From assembly GCA_964530075.1 (NCBI GenBank), contig CAZGXU010000002.1, positions 1,247 through 65,246 on the forward strand: a stretch of DNA of 64,000 nt. The letters are read 5' to 3'. Under the pieces are notes generated by a model, which did no database searches, was not told the DNA's origin, and saw nothing but the letters and a program-made list of their open reading frames with translations. The translations under genes were made by a program, and so were the position numbers. This document shows positions 7,858 to 16,589 of the stretch, piece after piece. Within the stretch, counting starts at the first letter, position 1; each line of letters starts with the position of its first letter. This DNA is from an uncultured Thermotogae bacterium (lineage in GTDB: Bacteria; Bipolaricaulota; Bipolaricaulia; UBA7950; UBA9294).

Positions 7858-9590
7858 CGGATGGCGATGCCGAGATCGTCGAGCTGCACTTTCGCGACCG
7901 GCATCGGCGCCTCTGTGAGAGGGCAGAGTCCGGTTGCCGTCTTGGGAAACGCGATGACGTCACGGAGCGAATTCTCGCCCGCCATGAGCATCACCAATCG
8001 GTCGATTCCGAGTGCAAAACCTCCGTGCGGCGGCGCCCCGTATTCGAGCGCACGGAGGAAGAACCCGAATCGAAGCTCCGCCTCCTCTGGGGAGATCTTC
8101 AGCAGGCGGAAGATCCGCTCCTGAAGCCCCCGATCGTGGATTCGGATGCTCCCGCTCCCGAGCTCGATCCCGTTCAGGACGAGATCGTAGGCGTTGGAGA
8201 CGACCGAGAGCGGATCGGTCTCAAGGGCGTCGATCTCGTCGGCGTGCGGCGACGTGAACGGATGGTGCGAGCTGGTTAGCTCCCCGGCCTCGTCGAGCTC
8301 GAACATCGGAAAATCGGTCACCCAGAGGAAGCTCCATTCGTCCTTCGCGAGCTTCTCCTGCCGCGCGATCGTGCGGCGGAGCTCGCCGAGCGGGGGTTCG
8401 ATCCCCTTCCCGGCGAGGAGGAGGATCAGGTCGCCCCGCCCGGCGCCGAACGCTTCGGCGATCCCTCCGAGTTCGGCGTCGCTCAGGAACTTGGCGATCG
8501 GCGAGGAGATCGATTCCTCGACCTTCAGCCAGACGAGCCCCCGGGCGCCGGCCGAGACGGCGACGTCCTGGAGATGGTCGAGTGCCGAGCGGGAGTATGC
8601 GGCGCAGCCCTCGGCAAGGATCCCGGCCACCTTCCCGCCGACAGCGACCGCCTCGGTGAAGACGCGGAAGCCGGACTGAGCGACGAGCTCCGAGACATCG
8701 TGGATCTCCATCCCGTATCGGAGGTCCGGCTTGTCGATCCCGTAGCGGGCCATCGCCTCGGCGTGCGACAGCCGGGGAAACGGGATCTCCAACTCGACGG
8801 AGAGCGTCTCGCGGAAGACGCGGGCCATTGCGCTCTCCAGGAAGCGAAGGACGTCGTCCTTGTCCGTCGGGAAGGCGATCTCGAGGTCGAGCTGCGTGAA
8901 CTCGAGCTGCCGATCGGCGCGGAGGTCCTCGTCGCGGAAACACTTGACCAGCTGGAAGTACCGATCGACCCCTCCGATCATGAACAGCTGCTTGAATAGC
9001 TGCGGCGACTGAGGGAGGGCGTAGAACGACCCGGGGTTCATCCGGCTCGGAACGAGGAAGTCGCGTGCCCCCTCGGGCGTCGACTTGGTCAGAAACGGGG
9101 TCTCGATCTCCAGGAAGCCCTGTTCGGAGTAGTAGTCTCGGATGCTCTTGAACACGCGATGGCGGAGCGCGAGGTTGCGCTGCATCTTCTCGCGGCGCAG
9201 GTCGACGTAGCGGTACCGAAGCCGCGTCTCCTCCGTCGTGTCGGAGCCATCGCCCTCGACGAGGAACGGAGGCGTCTTCGCGCGATTGAGGATCGCGAGG
9301 CTCTCGACGTGGACCTCGATCTCGCCGGTCACCATGTCAGGATTGACGTTTTCTTTCCCGCGCCGCGCGATCGTCCCGGTGACGCGGATGACGTCCTCGC
9401 GATTGAGGCCGTGCGCTTCTACGAGGTCCGATACGTCGCCGGGGAAGAAGAGCTGCACGATCCCGGATCGGTCGCGCAGATCGACAAACGTGATCCCGCC
9501 GAAATCGCGCCGGCGATTGACCCATCCTGCCAGGGTCACCGTCCGGCCGACGTCTGCCGCTGCCAACTCCGCGCAGTAGTCCGTTCGCAT
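7854..9590 (-). CDS. aspS: Aspartyl-tRNA synthetase, bacterial type
   Basis: N-terminal OB fold GWVNRRRDFGGITFVDLRDRSG; class II motifs FRDEDLRADRQLEFTQLD and PPHGGFALGIDRLVML; 578 aa with a GAD-type insertion; SD GGAAGGAGAG before the ATG. Confidence 0.95.
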   Translation of the reverse strand: MRTDYCAELAAADVGRTVTLAGWVNRRRDFGGITFVDLRDRSGIVQLFFPGDVSDLVEAHGLNREDVIRVTGTIARRGKENVNPDMVTGEIEVHVESLAILNRAKTPPFLVEGDGSDTTEETRLRYRYVDLRREKMQRNLALRHRVFKSIRDYYSEQGFLEIETPFLTKSTPEGARDFLVPSRMNPGSFYALPQSPQLFKQLFMIGGVDRYFQLVKCFRDEDLRADRQLEFTQLDLEIAFPTDKDDVLRFLESAMARVFRETLSVELEIPFPRLSHAEAMARYGIDKPDLRYGMEIHDVSELVAQSGFRVFTEAVAVGGKVAGILAEGCAAYSRSALDHLQDVAVSAGARGLVWLKVEESISSPIAKFLSDAELGGIAEAFGAGRGDLILLLAGKGIEPPLGELRRTIARQEKLAKDEWSFLWVTDFPMFELDEAGELTSSHHPFTSPHADEIDALETDPLSVVSNAYDLVLNGIELGSGSIRIHDRGLQERIFRLLKISPEEAELRFGFFLRALEYGAPPHGGFALGIDRLVMLMAGENSLRDVIAFPKTATGLCPLTEAPMPVAKVQLDDLGIAIR

Positions 9591-9627
9591 GGTGACTCTC
9601 CTTCCGAAACCCGTTGGATGGCGACCG

Positions 9628-9655
9628 ATTATAGGCGGGCTGGAATTCGCTTCAA
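9628..9655 (-). promoter_or_regulatory. Sigma-70-like promoter upstream of aspS
   Basis: Minus strand reads TTGAAG - 16 nt - TATAAT, ending ~38 nt before the aspS ATG. Confidence 0.5.
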
Positions 9656-9670
9656 TCGGCCGCGCGCCGG

Positions 9671-10705
9671 CTACCCGTCCTCGAGAGAGCCCTTGAAGAA
9701 TCGACGCTCGTAGTCCTGCACCCAGTTCGTGAAGTCGCTGGAATTCGGATCACTTGAGATGATGGCAGCGATCTCGTTGAGTTTCGCTGAGAGGTTGTCC
9801 AGGTAGTACACGGCGATCGCTTCCCTTGTCATTGGGAGTTTGGCCGTAGCGTAGTCGGTTCTGCCGTGATGTGAGACAAGGATATGTTCGAGCAAGTCGG
9901 GCAGGCGCGGGTCCGGCCACGACCGCTTCGCCGCGGCCTCTCGGATCATGTCCCGACCGAGGAGGAGGTGTCCGAGGAGCTGCCCCTTGAGGGTGTAGCT
10001 GACGGCCACCGGATTCTCGAACTCGATAAGCTTCCCGATGTCGTGGAGGATCGCCCCGGCGACGGCGAGGCCCCGGTTCAGGTCGAAGCCGGGGTTCTGT
10101 TCCGCGTACGTCGATACGCTTTGCGCGACCTCGAGCGTGTGCTCCAGCAGGCCGCCCAGATACGCATGGTGCTTCGACGCCGCGGCGGGGAACTCCCTGA
10201 GCCGTGATTCGTGCTCCGCGAGGAGATCGAGGGTGAGCTGGCGGAGCGCGTCGGGCTCGACGGTCCGCGCCAGCGCGAGGAGATCGTTCCACATTTGATC
10301 GATGTCGCGATCGGTCGACGGGACGAGGAGCGCCGGATCGAAGCCGGGGACCTGCCCCGAGTCCTGCTCGGCCGGTGTCAGCCGGCGGATCGACTCGACG
10401 ATCAGCTGGAGGTTCCCGCGATACGTCTCGGATCGCCCCTCCACGAAGACGAACTCGCCCTCGTCGAACTGGGTCGCGTACCGCTGGGTCGCCTCGGCCC
10501 ACGCACGGGCGGAGAGCGTCCCGGTCCGATCGGCGAGAAGGATCTCGAGATACGGATCCCCGGTCCGCGTCGAGCGCTGGGCCTTCCGCTTCACGAGGAA
10601 GCACTGGCCGATCCGCTGTCCCTCGCGGATGTCGCTAATCGGGACGTGGAGGAGGGAATAGGGAATCTCCCCCCGCACTTGATCGAAGAGCCGGTCTGAA
10701 GCCAT
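9671..10705 (-). CDS. YhaM-like OB-fold + HD-domain 3'-5' exoribonuclease/phosphohydrolase
   Basis: OB-fold segment CFLVKRKAQRSTRTGDPYLEILLADRTG, then HD domain HHAYLGGLLEHTLEV .. ILHDIGKLIEF .. ILVSHHG. Confidence 0.8.
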   Translation of the reverse strand: MASDRLFDQVRGEIPYSLLHVPISDIREGQRIGQCFLVKRKAQRSTRTGDPYLEILLADRTGTLSARAWAEATQRYATQFDEGEFVFVEGRSETYRGNLQLIVESIRRLTPAEQDSGQVPGFDPALLVPSTDRDIDQMWNDLLALARTVEPDALRQLTLDLLAEHESRLREFPAAASKHHAYLGGLLEHTLEVAQSVSTYAEQNPGFDLNRGLAVAGAILHDIGKLIEFENPVAVSYTLKGQLLGHLLLGRDMIREAAAKRSWPDPRLPDLLEHILVSHHGRTDYATAKLPMTREAIAVYYLDNLSAKLNEIAAIISSDPNSSDFTNWVQDYERRFFKGSLEDG

Positions 10706-10724
10706 GGCGTCCTTTCCGATTCAC

Positions 10725-10752
10725 AGTGTAGGGGGCACACCGCCGAAGTCAA
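10725..10752 (-). promoter_or_regulatory. Sigma-70-like promoter upstream of the YhaM-like gene
   Basis: Minus strand reads TTGACT - 16 nt - TACACT, then cggaaaggacgcc ATG. Confidence 0.4.
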
Positions 10753-10807
10753 ACGATTGGCATCGACCCGGGACTCGGCTACCCTGTGCGGCCGGAAGGA
10801 GGGACGA

Positions 10808-11314
10808 ATGGGAGAGACGGAGCTGGCCCGGGTCCTGCGCGACGCGATGGAGGCCGAGAGGGACGGGTTCACGTTCTACACTCTGGCGGCCGAAAGGTCG
10901 GAGGATCCGGGGGCCCGCGAGACCTTCGCGCGGCTCGCCGACGAGGAGCGGAAGCATTACGAGGCGCTCCAAGACGGCTATCGAGCGCTGGTCGAGGGGG
11001 AGACGTGGGACCCGTCGAGCGGCCTGCCGGAGGGCCGAGAGCCGGTGGCCTCCGGGATCTTCTCGGAGGACTTCGTCCGGCGGATCGGCGGGAAGCACCT
11101 GGAGATGTCGGCCCTCTCGATCGGCATCTTGCTGGAGAAGAACGCCTACGAGTTCTATTCGCGGCAGGCCGATGCGGCCGAGGATGCGGCGGTCGCCGGC
11201 TTCTTCCGCGACCTGGCCGAGTGGGAGAGCACCCACTACCGCCTCCTCCTTCGCCAGGACGAGGCGCTCAAGGAGGAGTACTGGAACAAGAACCGATTCG
11301 CGCCGCTGCTGTAG
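10808..11314 (+). CDS. Ferritin-like / rubrerythrin-family diiron protein (no rubredoxin domain)
   Basis: ATG 10808 is preceded by GGAAGGAGGGA. Paired metal motifs AMEAERDGFTFY, LADEERKHYEAL, LLEKNAYEFY, LAEWESTHYRLL. Confidence 0.8.
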   Translation: MGETELARVLRDAMEAERDGFTFYTLAAERSEDPGARETFARLADEERKHYEALQDGYRALVEGETWDPSSGLPEGREPVASGIFSEDFVRRIGGKHLEMSALSIGILLEKNAYEFYSRQADAAEDAAVAGFFRDLAEWESTHYRLLLRQDEALKEEYWNKNRFAPLL

Positions 11315-11326
11315 CGCCCGAAACAG

Positions 11327-11357
11327 GCGAGCGGGCGCCCGGAACGCGCCCGCTCGT
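11327..11357. terminator. Bidirectional hairpin between convergent genes
   Basis: gcgagcgggcgc / gcgcccgctcgt (12-bp stem including one G-U, 7-nt loop), placed between stops at 11314 (+) and 11383 (-). Confidence 0.55.
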
Positions 11358-11382
11358 CATGCCATCGAAGGTGCAGGAGGAT

Positions 11383-12201
11383 TCAGAGGTCGCAGGGCGC
11401 CGGCGGCGGAGTCGGGACGAGAGGATGGGTCACCAGCGGGAAGTTGTCCTGATCGCCGTCGCTCGTGATCAGGTACGGTGAATCCCAGATCCCGTCCCGT
11501 TCGGCGTCGATCGCTTTGTATCCTCCCCAGTAGTTGCCCGCGGCGCCGTCGTCCCAGAGGTTCGGATCGTCGGTGTGCGCATGATGGAGGTTGTCGACGA
11601 ACGCGTTGTCCAGGACGCGGTTGGCCGTCGAACCGAAGTTCAGGTAGATCCCCATGTGCGACTCGCCGACGTAGTTGCCGATCAGTTCGTTCTCGTTCGA
11701 TGCGTCGAGCCAGATCGCCGTATCGTTCCGATCGAAGGCGTTCTCCAGGAATTGGTTCAGGGAAGAGAAGTAGCAGTGAATCCCGTCGGTGTTGTCGGAG
11801 AAGGTGCAGCCGGCGACGCGGTTGAACGTCGCGAAGCTGAGCGTCACGCCGGCCCAGTTCCCGTCGAAGAGGCAGTCCTCCACGCGCCCGTTCTTCACGT
11901 AGCTCAGGTAGATGGCCGACTTGGCCGCTCCGCTGATCGCCACGTTGCGGATGACGAACGCTTTGCTGGTTCCATGAATTCGGATCCCGTAGTCGTCGTA
12001 GCCGGCGTCGATCACCCAGTCCTCGATGACGTAAGGGTCGTTCAACTCGCCCGATCCAGAACAGACCCCGTTCTCCACGGTGAACTCGTAGTCGTTGGAA
12101 ATCGTGATCGCACGATGCTCCACCGGATCCCCCGCGAACGCCAGTGAGCCGATTAAAACGGACAAGAAGACGGCACAACAGAGCACGGCACCCCGCTTCA
12201 T
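11383..12201 (-). CDS. Secreted right-handed parallel beta-helix protein (NosD/CASH-like)
   Basis: SD AAAGGAG. Signal peptide MKRGAVLCCAVFLSVLIGSLAFAG. Repeated ~22-aa units (VIRNVAISG.., VEDCLFDGNWAGV.., VAGCTFSDNTDGI.., FLENAFDRNDTAI.., LIGNYVGESHMGI.., VLDNAFVDN). Confidence 0.75.
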   Translation of the reverse strand: MKRGAVLCCAVFLSVLIGSLAFAGDPVEHRAITISNDYEFTVENGVCSGSGELNDPYVIEDWVIDAGYDDYGIRIHGTSKAFVIRNVAISGAAKSAIYLSYVKNGRVEDCLFDGNWAGVTLSFATFNRVAGCTFSDNTDGIHCYFSSLNQFLENAFDRNDTAIWLDASNENELIGNYVGESHMGIYLNFGSTANRVLDNAFVDNLHHAHTDDPNLWDDGAAGNYWGGYKAIDAERDGIWDSPYLITSDGDQDNFPLVTHPLVPTPPPAPCDL

Positions 12202-12242
12202 GGTTCATCACTCCTTTAGTGATCAAACTGCAGGCCGGTTCC

Positions 12243-12271
12243 ATCATACCCGCAGATCGAGCGTCTGTGAA
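12243..12271 (-). promoter_or_regulatory. Sigma-70-like promoter upstream of the NosD-like gene
   Basis: Minus strand reads TTCACA - 17 nt - TATGAT, ~40 nt before the ATG. Confidence 0.4.
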
Positions 12272-12310
12272 GGCTCGGGTGCCCACAAAGTCGGACATCT
12301 GGCCTACTGA

Positions 12311-13165
12311 TCAGCGATGGAAACGTCCATGTCGAAGCGAGGTCCAAAGGGTCACGGGGACGCCGCGCCGTCGGAAGGGGAAGACGAGCAGGAGTCCGGC
12401 GATGAACCCCCCCATGTGCGCAAACCACGCCACGCCGCCCGAACTGCCTAGGGCTCCTGCGCCGCTGATCACCTGGAGGACGAACCAGAAGCCGAGGAGG
12501 AAGACCGCGGGCACGGCGATCAGGCGGAGGAAGAAGAAGATCGGGATGATCGTGAGCACCTTCGCGTACGGATAGAGCATGAAGTAGGCTCCGAGGACGC
12601 CGGCGATGGCGCCGGACGCGCCGACGACCGGGACGGAGCTCCCCGGAGCGATGGCGACCTGGGTGAGCGATGCGATCGTGCCGCAGAGCAGGTAGAAGAG
12701 CAGGAACCGGACCGGCCCCATCGCGTCCTCGACGTTGTCGCCGAAGATCCACAGGTAGAGCATGTTCCCCAGGACGTGCAGGATGCTCCCATGGAGGAAG
12801 AGCGAGGTGAGGAGCGTCAGCCAGATCGGGATCGGGATCGTCGGCGGGAGATCCGTCCCGCCGAGCAGCTCGTCCGGGATGAGGGCGTACTGCATCAGGA
12901 ACCAGTCGTCCCGCGCGATCGCGTAGGTTAAGGCCGACTGCCCGGGCAGGCGTCGCGTGGTGTACGCGTAGGACGGATCGAAGATCGGCGGGCTCTCGTG
13001 TCCTGCTTGGATCCAGGCGTTCCGCTCGTTCGACCAGTTGGCCCATAGCGGCTCGCGCGTCCCGAGGTATCCCTGATAGAGGAAGACGAGCAAGTTGATC
13101 ACGATCAGCGAAACGGTGACGACCGGGAACCGTCGGCTGCGGATCATGTCGCGAATCGGGATCAT
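12311..13165 (-). CDS. Rhomboid-family intramembrane serine protease
   Basis: HVLGNMLYLWIFG, catalytic Ser in GASGAIAGVLGAY, catalytic His in AHMGGFIAG. The track start at 13201 is a TTG, so the ATG at 13165 (MIPIRDM..) is preferred. Confidence 0.85.
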   Translation of the reverse strand: MIPIRDMIRSRRFPVVTVSLIVINLLVFLYQGYLGTREPLWANWSNERNAWIQAGHESPPIFDPSYAYTTRRLPGQSALTYAIARDDWFLMQYALIPDELLGGTDLPPTIPIPIWLTLLTSLFLHGSILHVLGNMLYLWIFGDNVEDAMGPVRFLLFYLLCGTIASLTQVAIAPGSSVPVVGASGAIAGVLGAYFMLYPYAKVLTIIPIFFFLRLIAVPAVFLLGFWFVLQVISGAGALGSSGGVAWFAHMGGFIAGLLLVFPFRRRGVPVTLWTSLRHGRFHR

Positions 13166-13255
13166 GGGCCGATGGTATCTCCGCGAGCGGCAATCAGGCA
13201 AGGAATTGAACTTCCGTGGATCGCGATTACACTCTTTTAGCGCAAAGGAGGCCCG

Positions 13256-14287
13256 ATGGAGCTACTGAAGAGGCTGTGTGAGGCGGTGGGGATCCCCGGC
13301 TACGAAGTCGAGGTCCGCAGGATCGTCGAGACAGAACTCGAAGGACACGTCGACTCTGTTGCGACCGACGCGTTGGGGAACTTGATCGCCCACAAGGAGG
13401 GCGAGGGACCGGTCGTCGTCATCGCCGGCCACATGGACGAGATCGGGTTCTTCGTCAGCCACATCGAGGAGAAGTCTGGGTTCCTCCGGATCAACCCGGT
13501 CGGCGGGTTCGATCCGGTGAACCTCGTGGCGCAGCGGGTGGTCGTGCATACGGAGAGCGGCGACCTGGTCGGGTGCATCGGGCGGAAGGCGGTGCACATC
13601 CTCCGCGAAGAGGAACGGAAGAAACCGCTCGAGCTTCGCGACCTGTTCGTCGATCTCGGACTGCCACCGGAGACGGTCGAGGCGAAGGTCCGAATCGGGG
13701 ACCCCGTCACCTTGCGCCAGGACTTCATCGAGTTTGGCGATCTCGTCTCGTGCAAGGCGCTCGACGATCGCGCCGGGGTCTACGTCGGGATCGAGGCGCT
13801 GAAACGGGCGAAGAAGCCCGCATGCGACCTGTATTTCGTCGGGACGACGCAGGAAGAGGTCGGCCTTCGCGGCGCGCGCGTCGCCGGGTTCTCGACCCAT
13901 CCACAGATCGGGATCGCGCTCGACGTGACGATCGCCGCCGACACACCGGACGTACCGCCGAAGGACCGCGTCACGCAGCTTGGCAAGGGCGTCGCGATCA
14001 AGGTCCGCGACAGTGCGTCGATCTCCCACCCCGCTCTCGTGCGAGCGATGCGGAAGCTGGCCGAGGAGAACGGCATCCCGTACCAGATGGAGGTGCTCCC
14101 CCGCGGCGGGACCGACGCCGGGGCGCTTCAGATGGCGCAGGAGGGCGCCGCGGTGATCACGCTGTCGATTCCGACCCGCTACGTCCACTCGGTCGTCGAG
14201 AGCGTCCATCCCGACGACCTCGAGGCAACGATCGGGCTGCTCGTCGCCTTCCTCGAGACCGCGGACACGATCGACCTGTCGGGATGA
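13256..14287 (+). CDS. M42-family (FrvX/TET-like) aminopeptidase
   Basis: SD AAAGGAGG. Motifs VVIAGHMDEIGF, CKALDDRAGV, VGTTQEEVGLRGA, PTRYVHS. Confidence 0.85.
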   Translation: MELLKRLCEAVGIPGYEVEVRRIVETELEGHVDSVATDALGNLIAHKEGEGPVVVIAGHMDEIGFFVSHIEEKSGFLRINPVGGFDPVNLVAQRVVVHTESGDLVGCIGRKAVHILREEERKKPLELRDLFVDLGLPPETVEAKVRIGDPVTLRQDFIEFGDLVSCKALDDRAGVYVGIEALKRAKKPACDLYFVGTTQEEVGLRGARVAGFSTHPQIGIALDVTIAADTPDVPPKDRVTQLGKGVAIKVRDSASISHPALVRAMRKLAEENGIPYQMEVLPRGGTDAGALQMAQEGAAVITLSIPTRYVHSVVESVHPDDLEATIGLLVAFLETADTIDLSG

Positions 14288-15648
14288 GCGCGAGGACGCT
14301 GTTCGCCGGCTTCGAACTCGTCGCGACGATGGACGCCGCCGACCGAGAATGGGCCGGCGGCTACGTCCTCGTCGAGGGGAATCGGATCGTCGGCGTCGGC
14401 GAGGACGCGGCCGGGATCGAGGCCGACGAGGTCGTCCGCGGCGCCGGGAAGATCCTCCTTCCCGGCCTCGTCAACACGCACCATCACCTCTACCAGTCGC
14501 TCTTTCGGAACGTCCCCGGCGCGTCGGAGGCGAAGCTGTTCGATTGGCTCGTCTTCCTCTACGAGCGGTGGAAGAGGCTCGGCGAGGAGGCGATGCGCGT
14601 CGCGGCGACGATCGCGTGCAGCGAGCTCCTCCTGTCCGGCGCGACGACGACAACCGACCATTGCTATCTCTACCCGCGGAACGGCGGGAACATCCTCGCC
14701 GCCGACATCGAGGGGGCGCAGAAGGCGGGGATCCGGTTCCACCCCTGCCGCGGCTCGATGTCCCTTTCGGAGAAGGACGGAGGGCTCCCCCCCGACTCGG
14801 TCGTCCAGACCGAGTCCGAGATCCTCGCCGACTGCCGGCGGATGATCGAATGGTACCACGATCCCGAGCCGTTCGCGATGCTCCGGATCGCGCTCGCGCC
14901 GTGCTCGCCGTTTTCGGTGACGGCCGACCTGATGCGTGAGTCGGTGGCGCTCGCCGAGGAGACCGGCGTCCTCCTCCACACGCACCTCGCCGAGACCGAG
15001 GACGAGGAGGCCTACTGCCTCCGGCGCTCGGGGATGCGCCCGGTCGACCTGATGGAGGAACTCGGATGGCTCCGCGACGACGTCTGGTATGCCCACCTCG
15101 TCGTCCTCAATGAATCCGACATCGCGAAGCTGTCGGCGGCGAAGGTCGGGATGGCCCACTGCCCGAGTTCGAACATGACGCTCGGCTCGGGGATCGCCCC
15201 GGTGACCGAGATGAAGGGGACCGGGATCAAGATCGGATTGGCGGTCGACGGATCGGCGAGCAACGACACGTCGAACATGATCCGCGAGGTCCGCCAGGCG
15301 ATGCTCCTTCAGCGTGTCCGGTACGGCGCCGACGCGCTCAGCGCCCGCGAGGCGCTCCGGATGGCGACGATCGGCGGAGCGCGCGTCCTTCACCGGGAGA
15401 ACGAGATCGGCTCGATCGAGGTCGGGAAAGCGGCTGACCTGATCGCGTTCGACCTGAACGACATCGCGTTCGCCGGCGCGCACGCCGACCCGCTGGCGGC
15501 GATCGTCCATTGCGCCGCCGACCGGGTCGATTTCGCGATGGTCGATGGCGAATGGCGGGTCCGGGGCGGGCGGTTGGTCGACGAGTCGATCCTCGATCTG
15601 ATCCCGATTCACAACCGCATCTCGAAGGAGCTGACCGGAGCGGCATGA
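14284..15648 (+). CDS. Amidohydrolase, 8-oxoguanine deaminase / ATZ-TRZ (SsnA-like) family
   Basis: ATG 14284 overlaps the M42 stop (ATGA). LLPGLVNTHHHLYQSL, LHTHLAETEDE, AHCPSSNMTLGSGIAP, GLAVDGSASND. The 237 aa upstream in track ORF 13573..15648 are an alternate-frame shadow. Confidence 0.85.
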   Translation: MSARTLFAGFELVATMDAADREWAGGYVLVEGNRIVGVGEDAAGIEADEVVRGAGKILLPGLVNTHHHLYQSLFRNVPGASEAKLFDWLVFLYERWKRLGEEAMRVAATIACSELLLSGATTTTDHCYLYPRNGGNILAADIEGAQKAGIRFHPCRGSMSLSEKDGGLPPDSVVQTESEILADCRRMIEWYHDPEPFAMLRIALAPCSPFSVTADLMRESVALAEETGVLLHTHLAETEDEEAYCLRRSGMRPVDLMEELGWLRDDVWYAHLVVLNESDIAKLSAAKVGMAHCPSSNMTLGSGIAPVTEMKGTGIKIGLAVDGSASNDTSNMIREVRQAMLLQRVRYGADALSAREALRMATIGGARVLHRENEIGSIEVGKAADLIAFDLNDIAFAGAHADPLAAIVHCAADRVDFAMVDGEWRVRGGRLVDESILDLIPIHNRISKELTGAA

Positions 15649-15926
15649 GGATCTCGGTGGAGATCGCCTTCTCGTTCAAGCGGGAGCTTGGCGACGACTA
15701 TCGAACGCTCGAGCTCCCCGAGGGAGCGACCGTCCGCGACGCGATGGTCGAGCTCGCACGGCGCCATCCGGCGGCCGGGAGCCGGCTGTTCGACGAGGAC
15801 GGGGAGGTCCGGCGGAACATCAACGCGCTGGTCAACGGCGGGAACGTCCAGTTCCGCCGACGATTCGACACCGTCCTTCGCGACGGGGATCGGATGGCGA
15901 TCCTCCCTCCTGTCGGCGGCGGATAG
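15645..15926 (+). CDS. MoaD/ThiS-family beta-grasp (ubiquitin-like) protein ending in Gly-Gly
   Basis: ATG 15645 overlaps the amidohydrolase stop (ATGA). 93 aa ending ..LRDGDRMAILPPVGGG-stop, the MoaD-type C-terminus. Confidence 0.75.
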   Translation: MRISVEIAFSFKRELGDDYRTLELPEGATVRDAMVELARRHPAAGSRLFDEDGEVRRNINALVNGGNVQFRRRFDTVLRDGDRMAILPPVGGG

Positions 15927-16162
15927 CGCGAAACGTCCCCCAAAAGGCTCGGCTGGAGAGTCCCGAGGTTCCCCTCGACCCTCCCCAGCCGGTGTGGTGG
16001 CTATCCGCAAGGAGGTTTAGCGGAAGAGCGGCATTTCTGCTGCCGAATTGGAGCCTGCCGCCGGGATGTGTGTTCTTTGTGAAGACGGAATGTGTATCCG
16101 GTGAGGTCGCGGAATCCGCTAGAAGTCGACAGGTGTCCCCGGATGGCGCTTCGAAACGGGGT

Positions 16163-16582
16163 TCAGGGGGCGCCTTCGGGCGACCGGGAGGGGACGCCCT
16201 CCGCCTTCTCGCGGACCCGTTTCTCGAACCGGTCGGCGTCGATGACGAACCGCTCGTGCGTCGCCCGGGCGACGGGCTCGACCTCGTCGCGGGCCTCGAT
16301 CTCGAACCGGAGCTTGCGCCGATCGATCTCGACCAGCCGGGCGGTCACCGTCACGCGCATCCCGGGCGGGGTCGCGGCGAGGTGATCGAGCCGGATCGAC
16401 GTGCCGACCGTCTTCCGCCCGGGCGGGAGGTGCGGGTCGACCATCGTCCGCGCGCACTCCTCGCAGAAGCCGACGAGGACCGGCGTGGCGAGGACGTCGA
16501 CCAGCCCGCTCCCGAACGCGCTGGCAAGGTGCTCGCGCTCGACGGTCCAGGTCCGCTCGTTCGTCGTCCCGATCTCGATCAT
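16163..16582 (-). CDS. Hotdog-fold thioesterase (FlK-like)
   Basis: ATG 16582 lies 7 nt after the nitrilase stop. 139 aa, MIEIGTTNERTWTVEREHLASAFGSGLVDVLATPVLVGFCEE..TVTARLVEIDRRKLRFEIEARDE, typical of small hotdog thioesterases. Confidence 0.65.
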   Translation of the reverse strand: MIEIGTTNERTWTVEREHLASAFGSGLVDVLATPVLVGFCEECARTMVDPHLPPGRKTVGTSIRLDHLAATPPGMRVTVTARLVEIDRRKLRFEIEARDEVEPVARATHERFVIDADRFEKRVREKAEGVPSRSPEGAP

Positions 16583-16589
16583 CCGATCC

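Noticed and set aside
13573-14283. 237-aa N-terminal extension of the amidohydrolase ORF (track ORF 13573..15648)
   Set aside because: Arg-rich alternate frame lying over the M42 peptidase gene. The amidohydrolase homology begins at the internal ATG 14284, which forms an ATGA overlap with the M42 stop.
15951-15990. Imperfect hairpin GGCTGGAGAGTCCCGAGG-TTCC-CCTCGACCCTCCCCAGCC between the MoaD-like and thioesterase genes as a terminator feature
   Set aside because: The stem has several mismatches and no U-tract on either strand. That is too weak to list as a feature, although it sits between convergent genes.
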